64,000 bases of DNA, taken from contig OZ253580.1 of the NCBI GenBank assembly GCA_965263035.1, positions 704,001 to 768,000 on the forward strand, in the 5' to 3' direction. A program made the translations under genes and the position numbers. Every line of letters starts with the position of its first letter. Positions within the stretch are counted from its first letter, which is position 1. Below the pieces are notes generated by a model. That model made no database searches. It was not told where the DNA came from and saw only the letters and a program-made list of their open reading frames with translations. The stretch is from Acidobacteriota bacterium (GTDB taxonomy: Bacteria; Acidobacteriota; UBA6911; RPQK01; JAJDTT01). This document shows, one piece after another, positions 24,135 through 34,739 of this stretch.

Positions 24135-25052
24135 CTAGCTGTTGTCGGAGGTGGGGGCACTCGTGGCCTGCACCGCGGAAGCGGTGCTGGTCGCCACGGT
24201 GGCATCTGGAGGTATCGAGGTTTCCTGCGCCGCCTGCTCTCGCGCGGCCTTCTCCTGCAGCGCCTTCTCTCGCAGAGTCCTCTCGCGAGCCGCCTTTTCC
24301 CGGGCCGCCTTCTCGCGAGCCGCCTTTTCCCGGGCCGCCTTCTCGCGGGCTTCTGCCAAACGAGCTTCCCGGATCGCCTTTCCGGCCAGGATCGCATCCG
24401 CGATGGTAGAGGTGAACAGCCTCACCGATCGCAACGCGTCGTCGTTTCCCGGGATCACGAAGTCGACGTCGTCGGGATCGCTGTTGGTGTCCACCACGGC
24501 GATCACCGGAATACCCAGCTTGGCGGCTTCCTTGACGGCGATGACCTCCCGGTTCGTGTCCACCACGAAGAGGACATCGGGTAGTCGCTCCATGTCTCTG
24601 ATACCGCGCAGATTCTTGTCCAGCTTCTTGCGTTCCCGCTCCAGCCGGGCCACCTCCTTCTTGGAGAGCTGGTCGTAGAAGCCGTTGACCCGTTTTTCTT
24701 CCAGGTCCTTGTAGCGCTTGATGCTGTTCCGGACGGTCGCGAAATTGGTGAGAAGACCGCCGAGCCAACGGTTGTTGACGTAGTGGGCCTCACATCTGCT
24801 GGCTTCCCGCTCGATGGTGTCCTGAGCCTGTCTCTTGGTGCCGACGAACAGCACCGAACTTCCTCGGATGCTCCGCTCGACGATGAAATCGATGGCGCGC
24901 TTGAAATACCGGAGCGTGGTTCGCAGATCGACGATGTGAATGCCGTTTCGCTGGCCGAAGATGAACGGTTTCATCTTGGGATTCCAGCGCCTTGTCTGGT
25001 GCCCGAAATGAACACCGGCGTCCAGGAGTTGCTTGATGGGAATGGAACTCAC
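24135..25052 (-). CDS. rpsB: 30S ribosomal protein S2 with repetitive C-terminal tail
   Basis: [41 protein letters not shown]. Confidence 0.98.
   Translation of the reverse strand: MSSIPIKQLLDAGVHFGHQTRRWNPKMKPFIFGQRNGIHIVDLRTTLRYFKRAIDFIVERSIRGSSVLFVGTKRQAQDTIEREASRCEAHYVNNRWLGGLLTNFATVRNSIKRYKDLEEKRVNGFYDQLSKKEVARLERERKKLDKNLRGIRDMERLPDVLFVVDTNREVIAVKEAAKLGIPVIAVVDTNSDPDDVDFVIPGNDDALRSVRLFTSTIADAILAGKAIREARLAEAREKAAREKAAREKAAREKAARERTLREKALQEKAAREQAAQETSIPPDATVATSTASAVQATSAPTSDNS
24229..24350 (-). repeat. Coding tandem repeat (15-bp units, AREKA)
   Basis: 30-bp unit tctcgcgagccgccttttcccgggccgcct exactly duplicated at 24281-24340, with degenerate flanking units. Confidence 0.85.
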
Positions 25053-25066
25053 CTATTTCTCCCTGT

Positions 25067-25459
25067 CTACCTCTTGGAAAACTGGAACCGCTTGCGCGCC
25101 CCGGGCTGTCCGTATTTTTTCCGTTCCTTGACCCGCTGATCGCGTCTGAGAAGTCCTGCCTTCTTGAGGGTGCCACGGAGATCGGAATCGAATTGGAGCA
25201 GGGCACGGGCTATTCCCAGCCGGACGGCACCGGCCTGTCCGGAATATCCCCCCCCCTCAACGTTGACGTACACGTCGAACTTGGCGTTGTTCTCTGTCTG
25301 CATCAAAGGTTGCAGAACCACAACCTGTTGTGTCCGGTTGCGGAAGTACTCCTGGTAATCGACGTGGTTGACGACGATCTGCCCTCCCCCGAGCATCAGG
25401 AACACGCGTGCGGTGGCGGACTTCCGTTTACCGGTGCCGTAGTATTGAACCTCGTTCAA
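25067..25459 (-). CDS. rpsI: 30S ribosomal protein S9
   Basis: [36 protein letters not shown]. Confidence 0.98.
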   Translation of the reverse strand: MNEVQYYGTGKRKSATARVFLMLGGGQIVVNHVDYQEYFRNRTQQVVVLQPLMQTENNAKFDVYVNVEGGGYSGQAGAVRLGIARALLQFDSDLRGTLKKAGLLRRDQRVKERKKYGQPGARKRFQFSKR

Positions 25460-25489
25460 GGAAGATCTCCTGTGGCCGGAGCGGACAGA

Positions 25490-25930
25490 TTACAGGGCCA
25501 GTGGCTCCGGCTTCTGAGCTTGATGCGGATGGTCGGCGCCGGCATAGATTTTGAGTTTCCGGATCATCCTCTTGCCCAACTTGTTCTTCGGCAGCATTCC
25601 TCGAACCGCCAAGCGTATGAGACGATCCGGATACCGGCGCAGCAGATTCTCGGCCGTTATCTCTTTCAGCCCCCCCGGGTAACGGCTGTGGGAATAGTAG
25701 ACCTTCTGAGACCACTTCTTCCCAGTCAGACGCACCTTGTCGGCATTGACGACGATCACGAATGCGCCAGTGTCGAGAAAATCGGTGTAGTGCGGCTTGT
25801 CCTTGCCCATGAGGAGGGTAGCCAGACGAGTCGCCAAGCGACCCAGGACCTGATCACCGGCATCCACGACGAACCACTTCCTGTCGATTTCGTGAAGACT
25901 AGGAAGAATCGTCTTATTCAAATTCCTCAT
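25490..25930 (-). CDS. rplM: 50S ribosomal protein L13
   Basis: [31 protein letters not shown]. Confidence 0.98.
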   Translation of the reverse strand: MRNLNKTILPSLHEIDRKWFVVDAGDQVLGRLATRLATLLMGKDKPHYTDFLDTGAFVIVVNADKVRLTGKKWSQKVYYSHSRYPGGLKEITAENLLRRYPDRLIRLAVRGMLPKNKLGKRMIRKLKIYAGADHPHQAQKPEPLAL

Positions 25931-25959
25931 TTCGCCACACCACGCCCTAAGAGTCTGGC

Positions 25960-25989
25960 AATCTACCGAACGGACACGTTCCTTGTCAA
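25960..25989 (-). promoter_or_regulatory. Sigma70-type promoter for rplM operon
   Basis: TTGACA-18 bp-TAGATT on minus strand about 30 bp upstream of rplM. Confidence 0.65.
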
Positions 25990-26058
25990 GGTTGCGCCCT
26001 GTTCTCAGGCGCCGGATGTCGAAAATTTTCGGGACTCGCCTACGCTTGGTGGGAACCT

Positions 26059-26170
26059 GTAGGGGCGCCCCTTGCGGGCGCCAGCTTTCGTCTTCGGAGG
26101 AGGGGCGACCGTTACTCGCCCTCTCTCCCATGCCCCATCCGGAGTTCGGCGGTTAGAAACCGCCGTTCCC
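26059..26170. repeat. REP cluster (GTAG-type REP plus paired palindromes)
   Basis: GTAGGGGCGCCCCTTGCGGGCGCC; 26099-26170 resembles the reverse complement of 45844-45916. Confidence 0.7.
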
Positions 26171-26276
26171 ATACTTTTTCTTCCGGGATTCTGCCGGGCG
26201 CCGCCCGCTGCTCGAGCTTCTCACCCTTCATCTTCCATTCACGTTCCAGGCGGTTCGAACGTTGAGGACATTGAAG

Positions 26277-26795
26277 ATGAAGGGGATCAACATCCATTCG
26301 TCGATACTGGCGGCGCCGAGACGCGACTTGGTGCTCCTCGCGGCCGCATGCGCCATCCTCGCAGGAACCGCAGTCTGGCGGCAGTCGTTAGGCTCCTGGA
26401 CAGACTCGGGCCGAGCCAGGCTCGCCACGTTCGCTGACCGGAGTGGGAGACTGGAAGCGGTTTTGCAGAGGGTCCGGCGCTGGGAAGAGGCAGTCGCAGT
26501 CCTGGTCCTGTGCCACGACCGCGTCCGCGAACTCGAAGCCCGTCAGAATGCTCCACTTCTGTTGTGGAACCGGCTTATGGACCGGTTCCCGTCCCGGCAG
26601 GAAGTGTCCCTGCACCGTCTGGATTGGGAGAACGAATCCCTGACCCTTGAGGGAACCGCCGCTTCCCCCTCCGCCGCGGGGACTCTGCTGCACCGTTTGG
26701 GTCCAGACGCAGGTTTTTCCCAAGTAGAACTGCGCGCCCTGGAACAAGTCGGGAACACCCTCCGATTCACCGTCACTGCCCGTACCGGGCATTGA
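26277..26795 (+). CDS. PilN-like protein
   Basis: TM helix, coiled coil and L.LEG.A...F..V fold pattern; first gene before pilO-P-Q. Confidence 0.7.
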   Translation: MKGINIHSSILAAPRRDLVLLAAACAILAGTAVWRQSLGSWTDSGRARLATFADRSGRLEAVLQRVRRWEEAVAVLVLCHDRVRELEARQNAPLLLWNRLMDRFPSRQEVSLHRLDWENESLTLEGTAASPSAAGTLLHRLGPDAGFSQVELRALEQVGNTLRFTVTARTGH

Positions 26796-26810
26796 CCTGG
26801 AAACGTGAGT

Positions 26811-27413
26811 ATGGAGAGACTCCGTCGAACAGTTCGCGAAAAACCTGCCCTCTCCCTGGCCATCATGGGGATTCTCCTGGCAGGTTCCATCTATGCCTCG
26901 ACCATCCGTCCGCTTCAGTTCCAACTCGAGGGACTGGAGAAGGAGTTTCTGAGAGCGCAGTCCCAACAGAAACAGATCGCCTCGGCCGAGGCTCGCCTCT
27001 CACGGGTCAAGGAAGAATTTGCCGAACACCGCACGCGTCTCCTGGATGAGGGAGGACTGCCGGAAGAGGAGACTTCTCGTTCCGAGGCGATCAGTCACAT
27101 CGTTCAACTGGCTCTCCAGCATGACCTGCGTCCCACACGAGTCTCTCCTTCGACCCCCGTCGTGGAGAAGGTCCTGACCCATTGGCCAATGGACCTGGTA
27201 GTGGAAGGAGGGTTTCACGGCCTGGGCCGATTCTTTCAGGATCTTGCAGGACTGGATGAGATTGTCAATATCCGAAAACTGTCCATCAACAGCCGCCGCG
27301 ACCCGTCCCGTCAGGGGATAACCCTGGACGCTTCCATCTCCCTGAGCCTTTTCCGGATCAACCTTGAAGAATTCGACCCGGGCCGGGAGCCGGAACTGGA
27401 GGAGACCCCATGA
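26811..27413 (+). CDS. pilO: PilO-like type IV pilus assembly protein
   Basis: TM, coiled coil, LP..E, P..L.VEGGFHGLGRFF..LAGLDEIVNI. Confidence 0.85.
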   Translation: MERLRRTVREKPALSLAIMGILLAGSIYASTIRPLQFQLEGLEKEFLRAQSQQKQIASAEARLSRVKEEFAEHRTRLLDEGGLPEEETSRSEAISHIVQLALQHDLRPTRVSPSTPVVEKVLTHWPMDLVVEGGFHGLGRFFQDLAGLDEIVNIRKLSINSRRDPSRQGITLDASISLSLFRINLEEFDPGREPELEETP

Positions 27414-27802
27414 TCCTGGTCCCGTTTCTCCAACTCGGCTTACTCCTCGGCATGGCAGTCTCCAGCCCGGAAGGCCCGGCCGCCTACACGCCTCAAGGGA
27501 AAAGAGACCCGTTCGCGCCTCGAAGCCCGGAGCGACAAGACACGGTGGAGACGCCGTTGACGGCGCCGTTGCGGCAACTGGAAATTTCGGAATTGGTCAT
27601 TGTGGGGACGGCCGTCGGGAAAATCGGCGGTTTCGCGCTGGTCCAAGGACCTGAACGCTTGACCCACTTGGCTCCCGTGAAGGCTCGATTCGCCGACGGA
27701 CGCTTGGTGCGGATTGCGGGAGACTGGGTGATTTTCCGGGTCGACGGGATTGACATGGGTCGGACCTGGGTCACGAAGCGAATTCGATCCGTCGGGAAGT
27801 GA
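27410..27802 (+). CDS. pilP: PilP-like protein
   Basis: Y.PQGKRDPF motif, ISELVIVG, ALVQGP. Confidence 0.8.
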   Translation: MILVPFLQLGLLLGMAVSSPEGPAAYTPQGKRDPFAPRSPERQDTVETPLTAPLRQLEISELVIVGTAVGKIGGFALVQGPERLTHLAPVKARFADGRLVRIAGDWVIFRVDGIDMGRTWVTKRIRSVGK

Positions 27803-29079
27803 GTAAGAGCATGCCAATCGGTCCGCGGCTCCTTCGCAGTTGGGGTCCTCTCTTCTGGATCTTGGTCGCAGCCACTCCCACGAAAGGTGCACGACCCGAA
27901 GTCTCAGAGGTCCCCGCCCCACTCCGGCAAACGGTTTCCATGAGTCTGGTCGACGCCTCGCTGGTGGATTTCTTTCGCACCGTCGCGGAGTTGAGCAACC
28001 TCAATCTGGTGATCGACTCCGACGTGTCGGGAAGCGTGACACTACGCGTGGAGCGAATAGCCTTGGACCAGGTGGTGGAGATGGTCCTCAAGAGCCATTC
28101 GCTGGAACAGACGGCACAGGACAACCTGATTCGTATTTCTCGTCAAGAAACTCTCCGGGCAGAGCAGGAACGGGATCGGAAGATTCTGGAACAGGAACGT
28201 GAGAGTCAGGAACCGACTATCGTGGCCCGGTCCCTGAACTACGCCTCCGCCGACGAGGTGGCCAAGAGCCTGAAGAACCAACTGGGGGAGAAGGGCCACT
28301 TGGACGTGGACACCAGGACCAACACGCTGCTGATGACCGACATCCCGTCTCGAGTCGCGGCGATGAATCGTCTTCTCGACCACTTGGACGTTGCGGAGCG
28401 CCAAGTCGAGATCGAGGCCAGAATCATCGAGGCCACCACCACCTTCGCCCGGAACCTGGGTCTCCAGCTTAATCTGCTGATCGGCGAAACCGGCCAACGA
28501 GCAGGGGGTTCCGTGCGCATGAGCACCCCGCTAGGGCTGGGATTGGGTTCTCCCGGTTTCGCGGCCGCGCCAGTACTGGACACGGTGCGCTTGGATGCTC
28601 TGCTCACAGCTGCCGAATCGGACGGGGAAGTTCGAATCATTTCCAAGCCCCGGGTCACCGCCCTGAACAACGTCGAGGCCATCATCACCCAGGGAGCCCG
28701 AATTCCGATTCCAGTCGAGCACGACTTCACGACCACGGTCCGCTTCGAGACCGCCGCCCTGCGCCTTCTGGTCACGCCACAGATCACACGCGAGAAGACG
28801 GTTCTGCTGAAGATCAAGGTGGAAAACAACGTCCCCGATTTCAGCCGGACTGTTCAAGGCATTCCCACCATCCTCACGAGCGAATCCCAGACCGTGGTTC
28901 TGATCTCGCATGAAGGTACGGCTGTGATCGGAGGGATCCTTCTGGACATCGAGAGGACGCTGGGGCAAAGAGTTCCGGGCTTGGCCCGAATTCCGGTCCT
29001 GGGCCGGCTCTTTCGGAGGGACTCCCGAAGCCGGGAAACCCGGGAAATAATCTTCTTCATCACACCCCGAATCAAGTAG
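27799..29079 (+). CDS. pilQ: Short secretin of PilQ/HofQ/ComE type
   Basis: SNLNLVIDSDVSGSVTL, DTRTNTL, QVEIEARIIE, VPGLARIPVLGRLF...FFITPRI. Confidence 0.9.
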   Translation: MSKSMPIGPRLLRSWGPLFWILVAATPTKGARPEVSEVPAPLRQTVSMSLVDASLVDFFRTVAELSNLNLVIDSDVSGSVTLRVERIALDQVVEMVLKSHSLEQTAQDNLIRISRQETLRAEQERDRKILEQERESQEPTIVARSLNYASADEVAKSLKNQLGEKGHLDVDTRTNTLLMTDIPSRVAAMNRLLDHLDVAERQVEIEARIIEATTTFARNLGLQLNLLIGETGQRAGGSVRMSTPLGLGLGSPGFAAAPVLDTVRLDALLTAAESDGEVRIISKPRVTALNNVEAIITQGARIPIPVEHDFTTTVRFETAALRLLVTPQITREKTVLLKIKVENNVPDFSRTVQGIPTILTSESQTVVLISHEGTAVIGGILLDIERTLGQRVPGLARIPVLGRLFRRDSRSRETREIIFFITPRIK

Positions 29080-29088
29080 AGTCCGAGG

Positions 29089-30159
29089 ATGCACGACTTT
29101 CGGGGTCGTTACGGCCGCTTTCTGACCCGGTTGGAGGACCATGGTCTGGACGGATTTCTGGTCCGGCATGGACCCAATCTGACCTACCTCTTCAACTTCA
29201 CCGGCTCGGCGGGGTTTGCCTGCTGCCTGGGACACGAAACCATTCTCCTGGTGGACTCCCGCTATCTGGAACAAGCTCGGGCCACGGCCGTGAACTGTAC
29301 GCCTCAACTGATTCGGGGTTCATTCGAACAGGCCCTGGAAGAGCTGTTGAACGACCGTTTTCCCGGCGGGAGCACTCGGAAACGACTGGGGCTGGAGGCG
29401 ACTCGCGTCAGCTGCGATCTCTGGCTGCGAATCCAGACCTGGTCAGCAGCCGTTGAGTGGGTACCGGAACACGACCTGATCGAAACCCTGCGAATCATCA
29501 AGGAACCCAGCGAAATTGCGGCGCTGACCCGTGCCTTCGAGCTGGCGCAGAGTGCATTTGCCGGCTTTCTCGACCAGATCTCCCCCGGTATGGCTGAGGT
29601 CCGGATGGCAGGCATTCTGGAAATGGAGATGCGAAAGGTCGGAGGCGAGGGCGCCGCCTTCGACACCATCGTGGCCAGCGGCCCCCGATCGTCCCTGCCT
29701 CACGGCGTGGCTACCGGCCGGATCTGGGGAGAGAAGGAGATCCTCTTGATCGACTTCGGGATCCGCTCTGGAGGGTATTTGAGCGATCTCACGCGCGTCC
29801 ACCTTCCTCGCGGAGTCAGGAAGCCGGAGATCTTCGACATTGTCTCGGAAGCGCAGCATGCGGCTCTGGATTCCATCCGCCCCGGCGTCGTTTCCTCCGA
29901 CGTGGATCGGGCGGCTCGCCGTGTCATCGAACAAGCGGGACATGGTGATCACTTTCAACACGGTGCCGGACACGGACTGGGTCTGGAAGTCCACGAACTT
30001 CCCCGAATCTCCCCGAGTCGGCCCCAACCCCTCGAGCCCGGAATGGTTTTCACCGTGGAACCGGGGATCTATCTTCCGGAACGGATGGGCGTCCGGATCG
30101 AGGATGTGGTTGTCGTGACCGGAACCGGGTACCGGCTGCTGTCCGATCCGGGCCGGTGA
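29089..30159 (+). CDS. Xaa-Pro aminopeptidase (M24B)
   Basis: IDFG...YLSDLTR, HGAGHGLGLEVHE, TVEPGIY, GVRIED. Confidence 0.93.
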   Translation: MHDFRGRYGRFLTRLEDHGLDGFLVRHGPNLTYLFNFTGSAGFACCLGHETILLVDSRYLEQARATAVNCTPQLIRGSFEQALEELLNDRFPGGSTRKRLGLEATRVSCDLWLRIQTWSAAVEWVPEHDLIETLRIIKEPSEIAALTRAFELAQSAFAGFLDQISPGMAEVRMAGILEMEMRKVGGEGAAFDTIVASGPRSSLPHGVATGRIWGEKEILLIDFGIRSGGYLSDLTRVHLPRGVRKPEIFDIVSEAQHAALDSIRPGVVSSDVDRAARRVIEQAGHGDHFQHGAGHGLGLEVHELPRISPSRPQPLEPGMVFTVEPGIYLPERMGVRIEDVVVVTGTGYRLLSDPGR

Positions 30160-30316
30160 AGAGTGAGGAAGGGGGAGTCCTCCTGCCGAAAGAGGTGCGA
30201 TAGCGACTGCCAAGGGTCGTTGATCGGCTGACACAATGGACTGTTCCGACTTGTTCCCGTGGGGCCGTGGAGACTAAACTTACATCGCGCGGGGAGAAGC
30301 CGGTGCAGGAAGTACG

Positions 30317-30754
30317 ATGAACACCAGGGAGATCCGATCTTTACTGAAACTCATCGACGAGTTCGAGGTGGTGGAGTTCGAGTTGGAACGGGACGGAGTC
30401 CGACTCCGGATCCATCGCGGCGGTGTCGCCTCGCCGCCCGAACCCGGAACTCCGACGGTACAGGAGGTCCCTGCCGTAGAAACGGCCCCGGTCGAGCCCA
30501 CACCCGCCCCCGAGAACCTTCACGTCTTCACCGCGCCCATGGTGGGGACCTATTACTCTTCGCCCAAACCCGATGCAGACACCTTCGTCCAAGTCGGATC
30601 CACCATCCGTGAAGGGGACACTCTCTGCATCATCGAGGCCATGAAGATCTTCAACCAGATCGAGAGCGACGTGGATGGCCAGATCGTTCGCATCCTGGTT
30701 GAAAACGGCCAGCCCGTCGAATACGGCGAGCCCCTGTTCGAGATCCGCACCTAG
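30317..30754 (+). CDS. accB: Biotin carboxyl carrier protein
   Basis: APMVGTYY and the IIEAMKIFN biotinylation motif. Confidence 0.96.
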   Translation: MNTREIRSLLKLIDEFEVVEFELERDGVRLRIHRGGVASPPEPGTPTVQEVPAVETAPVEPTPAPENLHVFTAPMVGTYYSSPKPDADTFVQVGSTIREGDTLCIIEAMKIFNQIESDVDGQIVRILVENGQPVEYGEPLFEIRT

Positions 30755-30759
30755 CAATC

Positions 30760-32106
30760 ATGTTCAGAAAGGTCCTCATCGCCAACCGGGGTGAGATAGC
30801 GCTACGTGTCGTCGCCGCCTGCAAGGAATTGGGCATTCGCACGGTCGCAGTCTACTCAGAGGCCGATCGGGACCTGCTCCACGTCCGCTTCTCCGACGAA
30901 GCCGTCTGCATCGGCCCGGCCCGAAGCTACGACAGCTATCTGAACATCCCCAGCATCATCAGCGCGGCCGAGATCACCAACGTCGACGCCATCCACCCAG
31001 GTTACGGCTACCTGGCCGAGAATTCCCACTTCGCGGAGGTCTGCGACAACTGTGGCATCCGGTTCATCGGCCCCTCCGCGTCCGCCATCAGTCTCATGGG
31101 AGACAAGTCCCGGGCACGGGAGACGATTCAGGCCCTGGGAATTCCCACCATTCCCGGAACCGGAGTCATCGAACGGGAGAGCCCGGATCCCTCGGCGTTG
31201 GCACGGCAGGTCGGCTTCCCCCTCATGATCAAGGCGGTTGCCGGAGGCGGCGGGAAAGGGATGCGCATCATTCGCCAGGAACAAGGTTTTCTTGACTCTC
31301 TGGCGTTGGTCCAGTCCGAGGCGGAAAGCGCATTCGGCAACTCTCAAGTCTATCTGGAGCGGTATCTTGATAACCCGCGCCATATCGAGTTCCAGATCCT
31401 GGCCGACGAACAGGGGAACATCGTCCACCTGGGCGAGCGTGACTGCTCAATTCAGCGGCGCCATCAGAAACTGGTGGAGGAGTCCCCCAGCCCGTTTCTC
31501 AGCCCCGACAGGCGAATGGAGTTGGGAAACCAGGTGGTTCACGCCATGAAAGAAATCGGCTATCAGAACGCTGGGACCGTGGAATTCCTGTTCGACCAGC
31601 AGGGGAACCACTACTTCATCGAGATGAACACGAGGATTCAGGTCGAGCATCCGGTGACCGAAATGATCACGGGAATCGACATCGTGAAGCAGCAGATCCT
31701 GATCGCGGCAGGCCATCCCCTGGACTTTTCCCAGGAGGACGTCGTCTTCAGAGGAAGCAGCATCGAATGCCGGCTCAACGCCGAATCTTCCGAGACCTTC
31801 ACTCCTTCCCCGGGTCGAATCCATGCCTACCATGCCCCGGGGGGACCGGGGATCCGGGTCGATTCCGCAGCCTATACGGATTGCGTCATTTCACCCCACT
31901 ATGACTCCCTCATCGCCAAACTCATCGCCCACGGCAACGACCGGGAGGAGGCCATCTCTCGGCTGAACCGGGCCTTGGACACTTTCATCGTGGAAGGGAT
32001 CGAGACCACCCTGCCCTTTCACCGAAGGTTGATCCGCCATCCCGACTTTCTGAGTGGGACCTATGGGACCTCATTCCTCGACGAATTCTCGGAAAAGACG
32101 GCATGA
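30760..32106 (+). CDS. accC: Biotin carboxylase
   Basis: [45 protein letters not shown]. Confidence 0.98.
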   Translation: MFRKVLIANRGEIALRVVAACKELGIRTVAVYSEADRDLLHVRFSDEAVCIGPARSYDSYLNIPSIISAAEITNVDAIHPGYGYLAENSHFAEVCDNCGIRFIGPSASAISLMGDKSRARETIQALGIPTIPGTGVIERESPDPSALARQVGFPLMIKAVAGGGGKGMRIIRQEQGFLDSLALVQSEAESAFGNSQVYLERYLDNPRHIEFQILADEQGNIVHLGERDCSIQRRHQKLVEESPSPFLSPDRRMELGNQVVHAMKEIGYQNAGTVEFLFDQQGNHYFIEMNTRIQVEHPVTEMITGIDIVKQQILIAAGHPLDFSQEDVVFRGSSIECRLNAESSETFTPSPGRIHAYHAPGGPGIRVDSAAYTDCVISPHYDSLIAKLIAHGNDREEAISRLNRALDTFIVEGIETTLPFHRRLIRHPDFLSGTYGTSFLDEFSEKTA

Positions 32107-33449
32107 GCGCACCCGCCGGGACCAACCAGAGAGGCTACTGGGGCTCCGGCCTCGGCTTCATCCTGGCTATGGTCGGCTCCGCCATCGGGCTCGGCAATAT
32201 CTGGAGGTTCCCCACAGAGGCGGGACAGAACGGAGGAGGCGCCTTCGTTCTGGTCTATGTGATCGCCACCTTTCTGATCGGTGTCCCGGTCATGCTGGCC
32301 GAGCTGGCGCTGGGCCGGAAGACCCAGAGAAATCCGGTCGGGGCCTACCGAAGCCTGGCTCCCGGGAGCGGCTGGGGACTGGCCGGAGGGCTCGGCGTCC
32401 TCACCGGGTTGATCATCCTGAGCTATTACAGCGTGGTCGCGGGCTGGACGCTCAAGTACGTCTGGGTCGCAGTCAGCGGCTCCCTCCACGGCGCCACACC
32501 GGAGGCCATCAGCGCGACGTTCACCCATTTCATCCAGGACCCGGTGGCGGTCCTCATCTGCCACCTGCTCTTCATGCTCATCACCATCCGGATTGTCCTG
32601 GGGGGCATCCAGGGTGGGATCGAAAGGGCCTCCAAGATCCTCATGCCCGTGCTGTTCGGTCTGCTGCTCTTGCTGGTGGTCCGTTCATTGACGCTGCCGG
32701 GAGCCTCCGAAGGCCTCAGCTTCTACCTCAAGCCCGATTTCGGAAAGCTGGATGTCGTGGTGATCCTGAAAGCCGTGAGTCAGGCCTTCTTCTCGCTGAG
32801 CCTGGGAATGGGGGCGATCATCACCTATGGAAGCTACCTCTCCCCCAAGCAGGACCTGGTGTCGAGTGCCCTGTACGTGAGCTTCTTCGACTTTTTCATC
32901 GCGTTCCTGGCCGGCTTGGCCATTTTCCCGGCACTCTTTTCCGTCCCGGGCCTAGCGCCCGACGTCGGACCGGGGCTGATCTTCGTGGTGCTCCCCAACA
33001 TCTTCAATACCATTCCCCTGGGAAATTTATTCGGAGCAGCGTTTTTCATATTGTTGGCCATCGCCGCGCTCACGTCCGCCATCTCCATGTTGGAGGTGGT
33101 CGTGGCATTCACCATTGACGAGTTCGGGTGGAGCCGCCGCCGAGCGGCAATCGGAGCCGGTAGCGTGATCTTCCTCCTGGGAATCCCCAGTGCGTTGGGA
33201 AACGGCGCCGTTCCGTTCTTTTCCGGAACCCTCGATTTCGCGAACCAATATTTTGGAGGGATGGCGTTGGTCGTGGGAGCTCTGCTGGTGAGTCTGTTCG
33301 TGGGCTGGAAGTGGGGTGTCGGGAACGCCGTCGAGGAGCTGGAGCGGGGCCGCGGCACTTTCCGCTTCGGAAAGGCGTGGGGGTTCCTGATCCGGTTCGT
33401 CTGCCCCCTGGCCATCCTCATGATCCTCTTTCAGATTCTCAGGGGATGA
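32103..33449 (+). CDS. NSS (LeuT-like) sodium-dependent transporter
   Basis: [34 protein letters not shown]. Confidence 0.93.
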   Translation: MSAPAGTNQRGYWGSGLGFILAMVGSAIGLGNIWRFPTEAGQNGGGAFVLVYVIATFLIGVPVMLAELALGRKTQRNPVGAYRSLAPGSGWGLAGGLGVLTGLIILSYYSVVAGWTLKYVWVAVSGSLHGATPEAISATFTHFIQDPVAVLICHLLFMLITIRIVLGGIQGGIERASKILMPVLFGLLLLLVVRSLTLPGASEGLSFYLKPDFGKLDVVVILKAVSQAFFSLSLGMGAIITYGSYLSPKQDLVSSALYVSFFDFFIAFLAGLAIFPALFSVPGLAPDVGPGLIFVVLPNIFNTIPLGNLFGAAFFILLAIAALTSAISMLEVVVAFTIDEFGWSRRRAAIGAGSVIFLLGIPSALGNGAVPFFSGTLDFANQYFGGMALVVGALLVSLFVGWKWGVGNAVEELERGRGTFRFGKAWGFLIRFVCPLAILMILFQILRG

Positions 33450-33455
33450 GGCTCG

Positions 33456-34100
33456 ATGCTGAAGTCCCTGCCCGGTCCGCTCTACCCCATCACTCATTGC
33501 CCCAACTCGCAGGACTGGGATCATGTGAACTTCTCGCGCTGCCTGATCCGTTGCGGGATCCGGTTCTTTCAGGTCCGGGACAAGGCGCTTCCGGACCGTT
33601 GTTTCTACCGGCAACTCCTGAAGATCCGGCGCCTAAGTCGAGATGTGGGGGCCCGCTTCGTGGTCAATGACAGGGTGGATCTGGCTCTGGCGGTCGAGGC
33701 CGATGGAGTCCATCTGGGCCAGGACGATCTCCCGCCGGCGGCTGCCCGGCGACTCTTGGGAGAGGAGGCAGTCATCGGACTCTCCACCCACAATTGGGAC
33801 CAGTTCAGGAGGGGACTGGAGGAGCCTGTCGACTATCTTGCGCTGGGCCCCATTTTCCCAACCGGGACCAAGGAGGACGCGGCCCCCGTGCTGGGTCTGG
33901 AACTGCTGCGCAACGCCTCCGGCAACACCGATCTCCCCTTGGTCGCCATCGGTGGAATCTCGGTGGAAGAGGCCCCCGGTGTGTGGCAGTCAGGAGCCCG
34001 CTCGGTGGCGGTGATCTCCGATGTTGCGGGAGCCGAGAGCCCGGAGCGCCAGATTCGCGCCTACCTGGAACGGTCCGGGATACGGGTCAGGACGACATGA
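33456..34100 (+). CDS. thiE: Thiamine-phosphate synthase
   Basis: QVRDK, VNDRVD, DGVHLGQDD, GLSTH, GPIFPTGTK, VAIGGI. Confidence 0.93.
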   Translation: MLKSLPGPLYPITHCPNSQDWDHVNFSRCLIRCGIRFFQVRDKALPDRCFYRQLLKIRRLSRDVGARFVVNDRVDLALAVEADGVHLGQDDLPPAAARRLLGEEAVIGLSTHNWDQFRRGLEEPVDYLALGPIFPTGTKEDAAPVLGLELLRNASGNTDLPLVAIGGISVEEAPGVWQSGARSVAVISDVAGAESPERQIRAYLERSGIRVRTT

Positions 34101-34693
34101 ATCTCCTGTTGTTCGAATCACGTCGGGGCGCTGCGCTGCCCGTGTTGCAGCCATTGCCGAAAACGGCCATAGCGCAGCGCCGGAATCCAACCACGCGGTG
34201 GTCGAGGCTGCAAGATCAGATCCGCACAACTTACCGACGACTGGAAGAGCGCTTCGACTACGATGAAAGGCTCTGTTCGGCTCTCCGCCAGGTTCCCGAA
34301 CTGAAGGTGCACCACTCAACCCGCATGGACAGCGAGGCAGCAAGAAAACTGCTGCACCGCTTCTTTGCCAGGCAACGCCTGAAGCATTCCGCCTGGCTCA
34401 AGGTGGACGTGGTCCTCGCCGGTCTGGGCAGCCTCCTCACTCCCATTCCAGGACCCAACGTCTTTTTCTTCTATCCGGCCATCCGAGCATTCGGCCACTA
34501 TACGGCGCTCAGGGGAGTGCGGGACCCTGGAAGGCTGGACCGGGCATCGTTCAGGCCGGAGCCCTTGATCGACCAAGTCCAGATGAACATTGACCAGATC
34601 GAGAAACTCCGTCCGCTACTGGTCCAGTTGGAGCAACGATACCACCTGACCGACCTGGAACGGCGCCTCTTTTCCAGAGGCGCCCGGCGCTGA
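34097..34693 (+). CDS. Hypothetical protein resembling the Mit_KHE1 (mitochondrial K+/H+ exchange-related) family
   Basis: LTPIPGPNVFFFYPAIRAFGHYTALRG; ATGA overlap with thiE; family assignment from recalled motif only. Confidence 0.6.
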   Translation: MNLLLFESRRGAALPVLQPLPKTAIAQRRNPTTRWSRLQDQIRTTYRRLEERFDYDERLCSALRQVPELKVHHSTRMDSEAARKLLHRFFARQRLKHSAWLKVDVVLAGLGSLLTPIPGPNVFFFYPAIRAFGHYTALRGVRDPGRLDRASFRPEPLIDQVQMNIDQIEKLRPLLVQLEQRYHLTDLERRLFSRGARR

Positions 34694-34739
34694 CTTCCGG
34701 CGGCGGTTTCCGGTCTTCTGTCTGGGATCCGGGGTTTTC

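Noticed and set aside
30160-30316. efp remnant between the M24 peptidase and accB
   Set aside because: efp often sits here, but no convincing EF-P motif is readable in any frame
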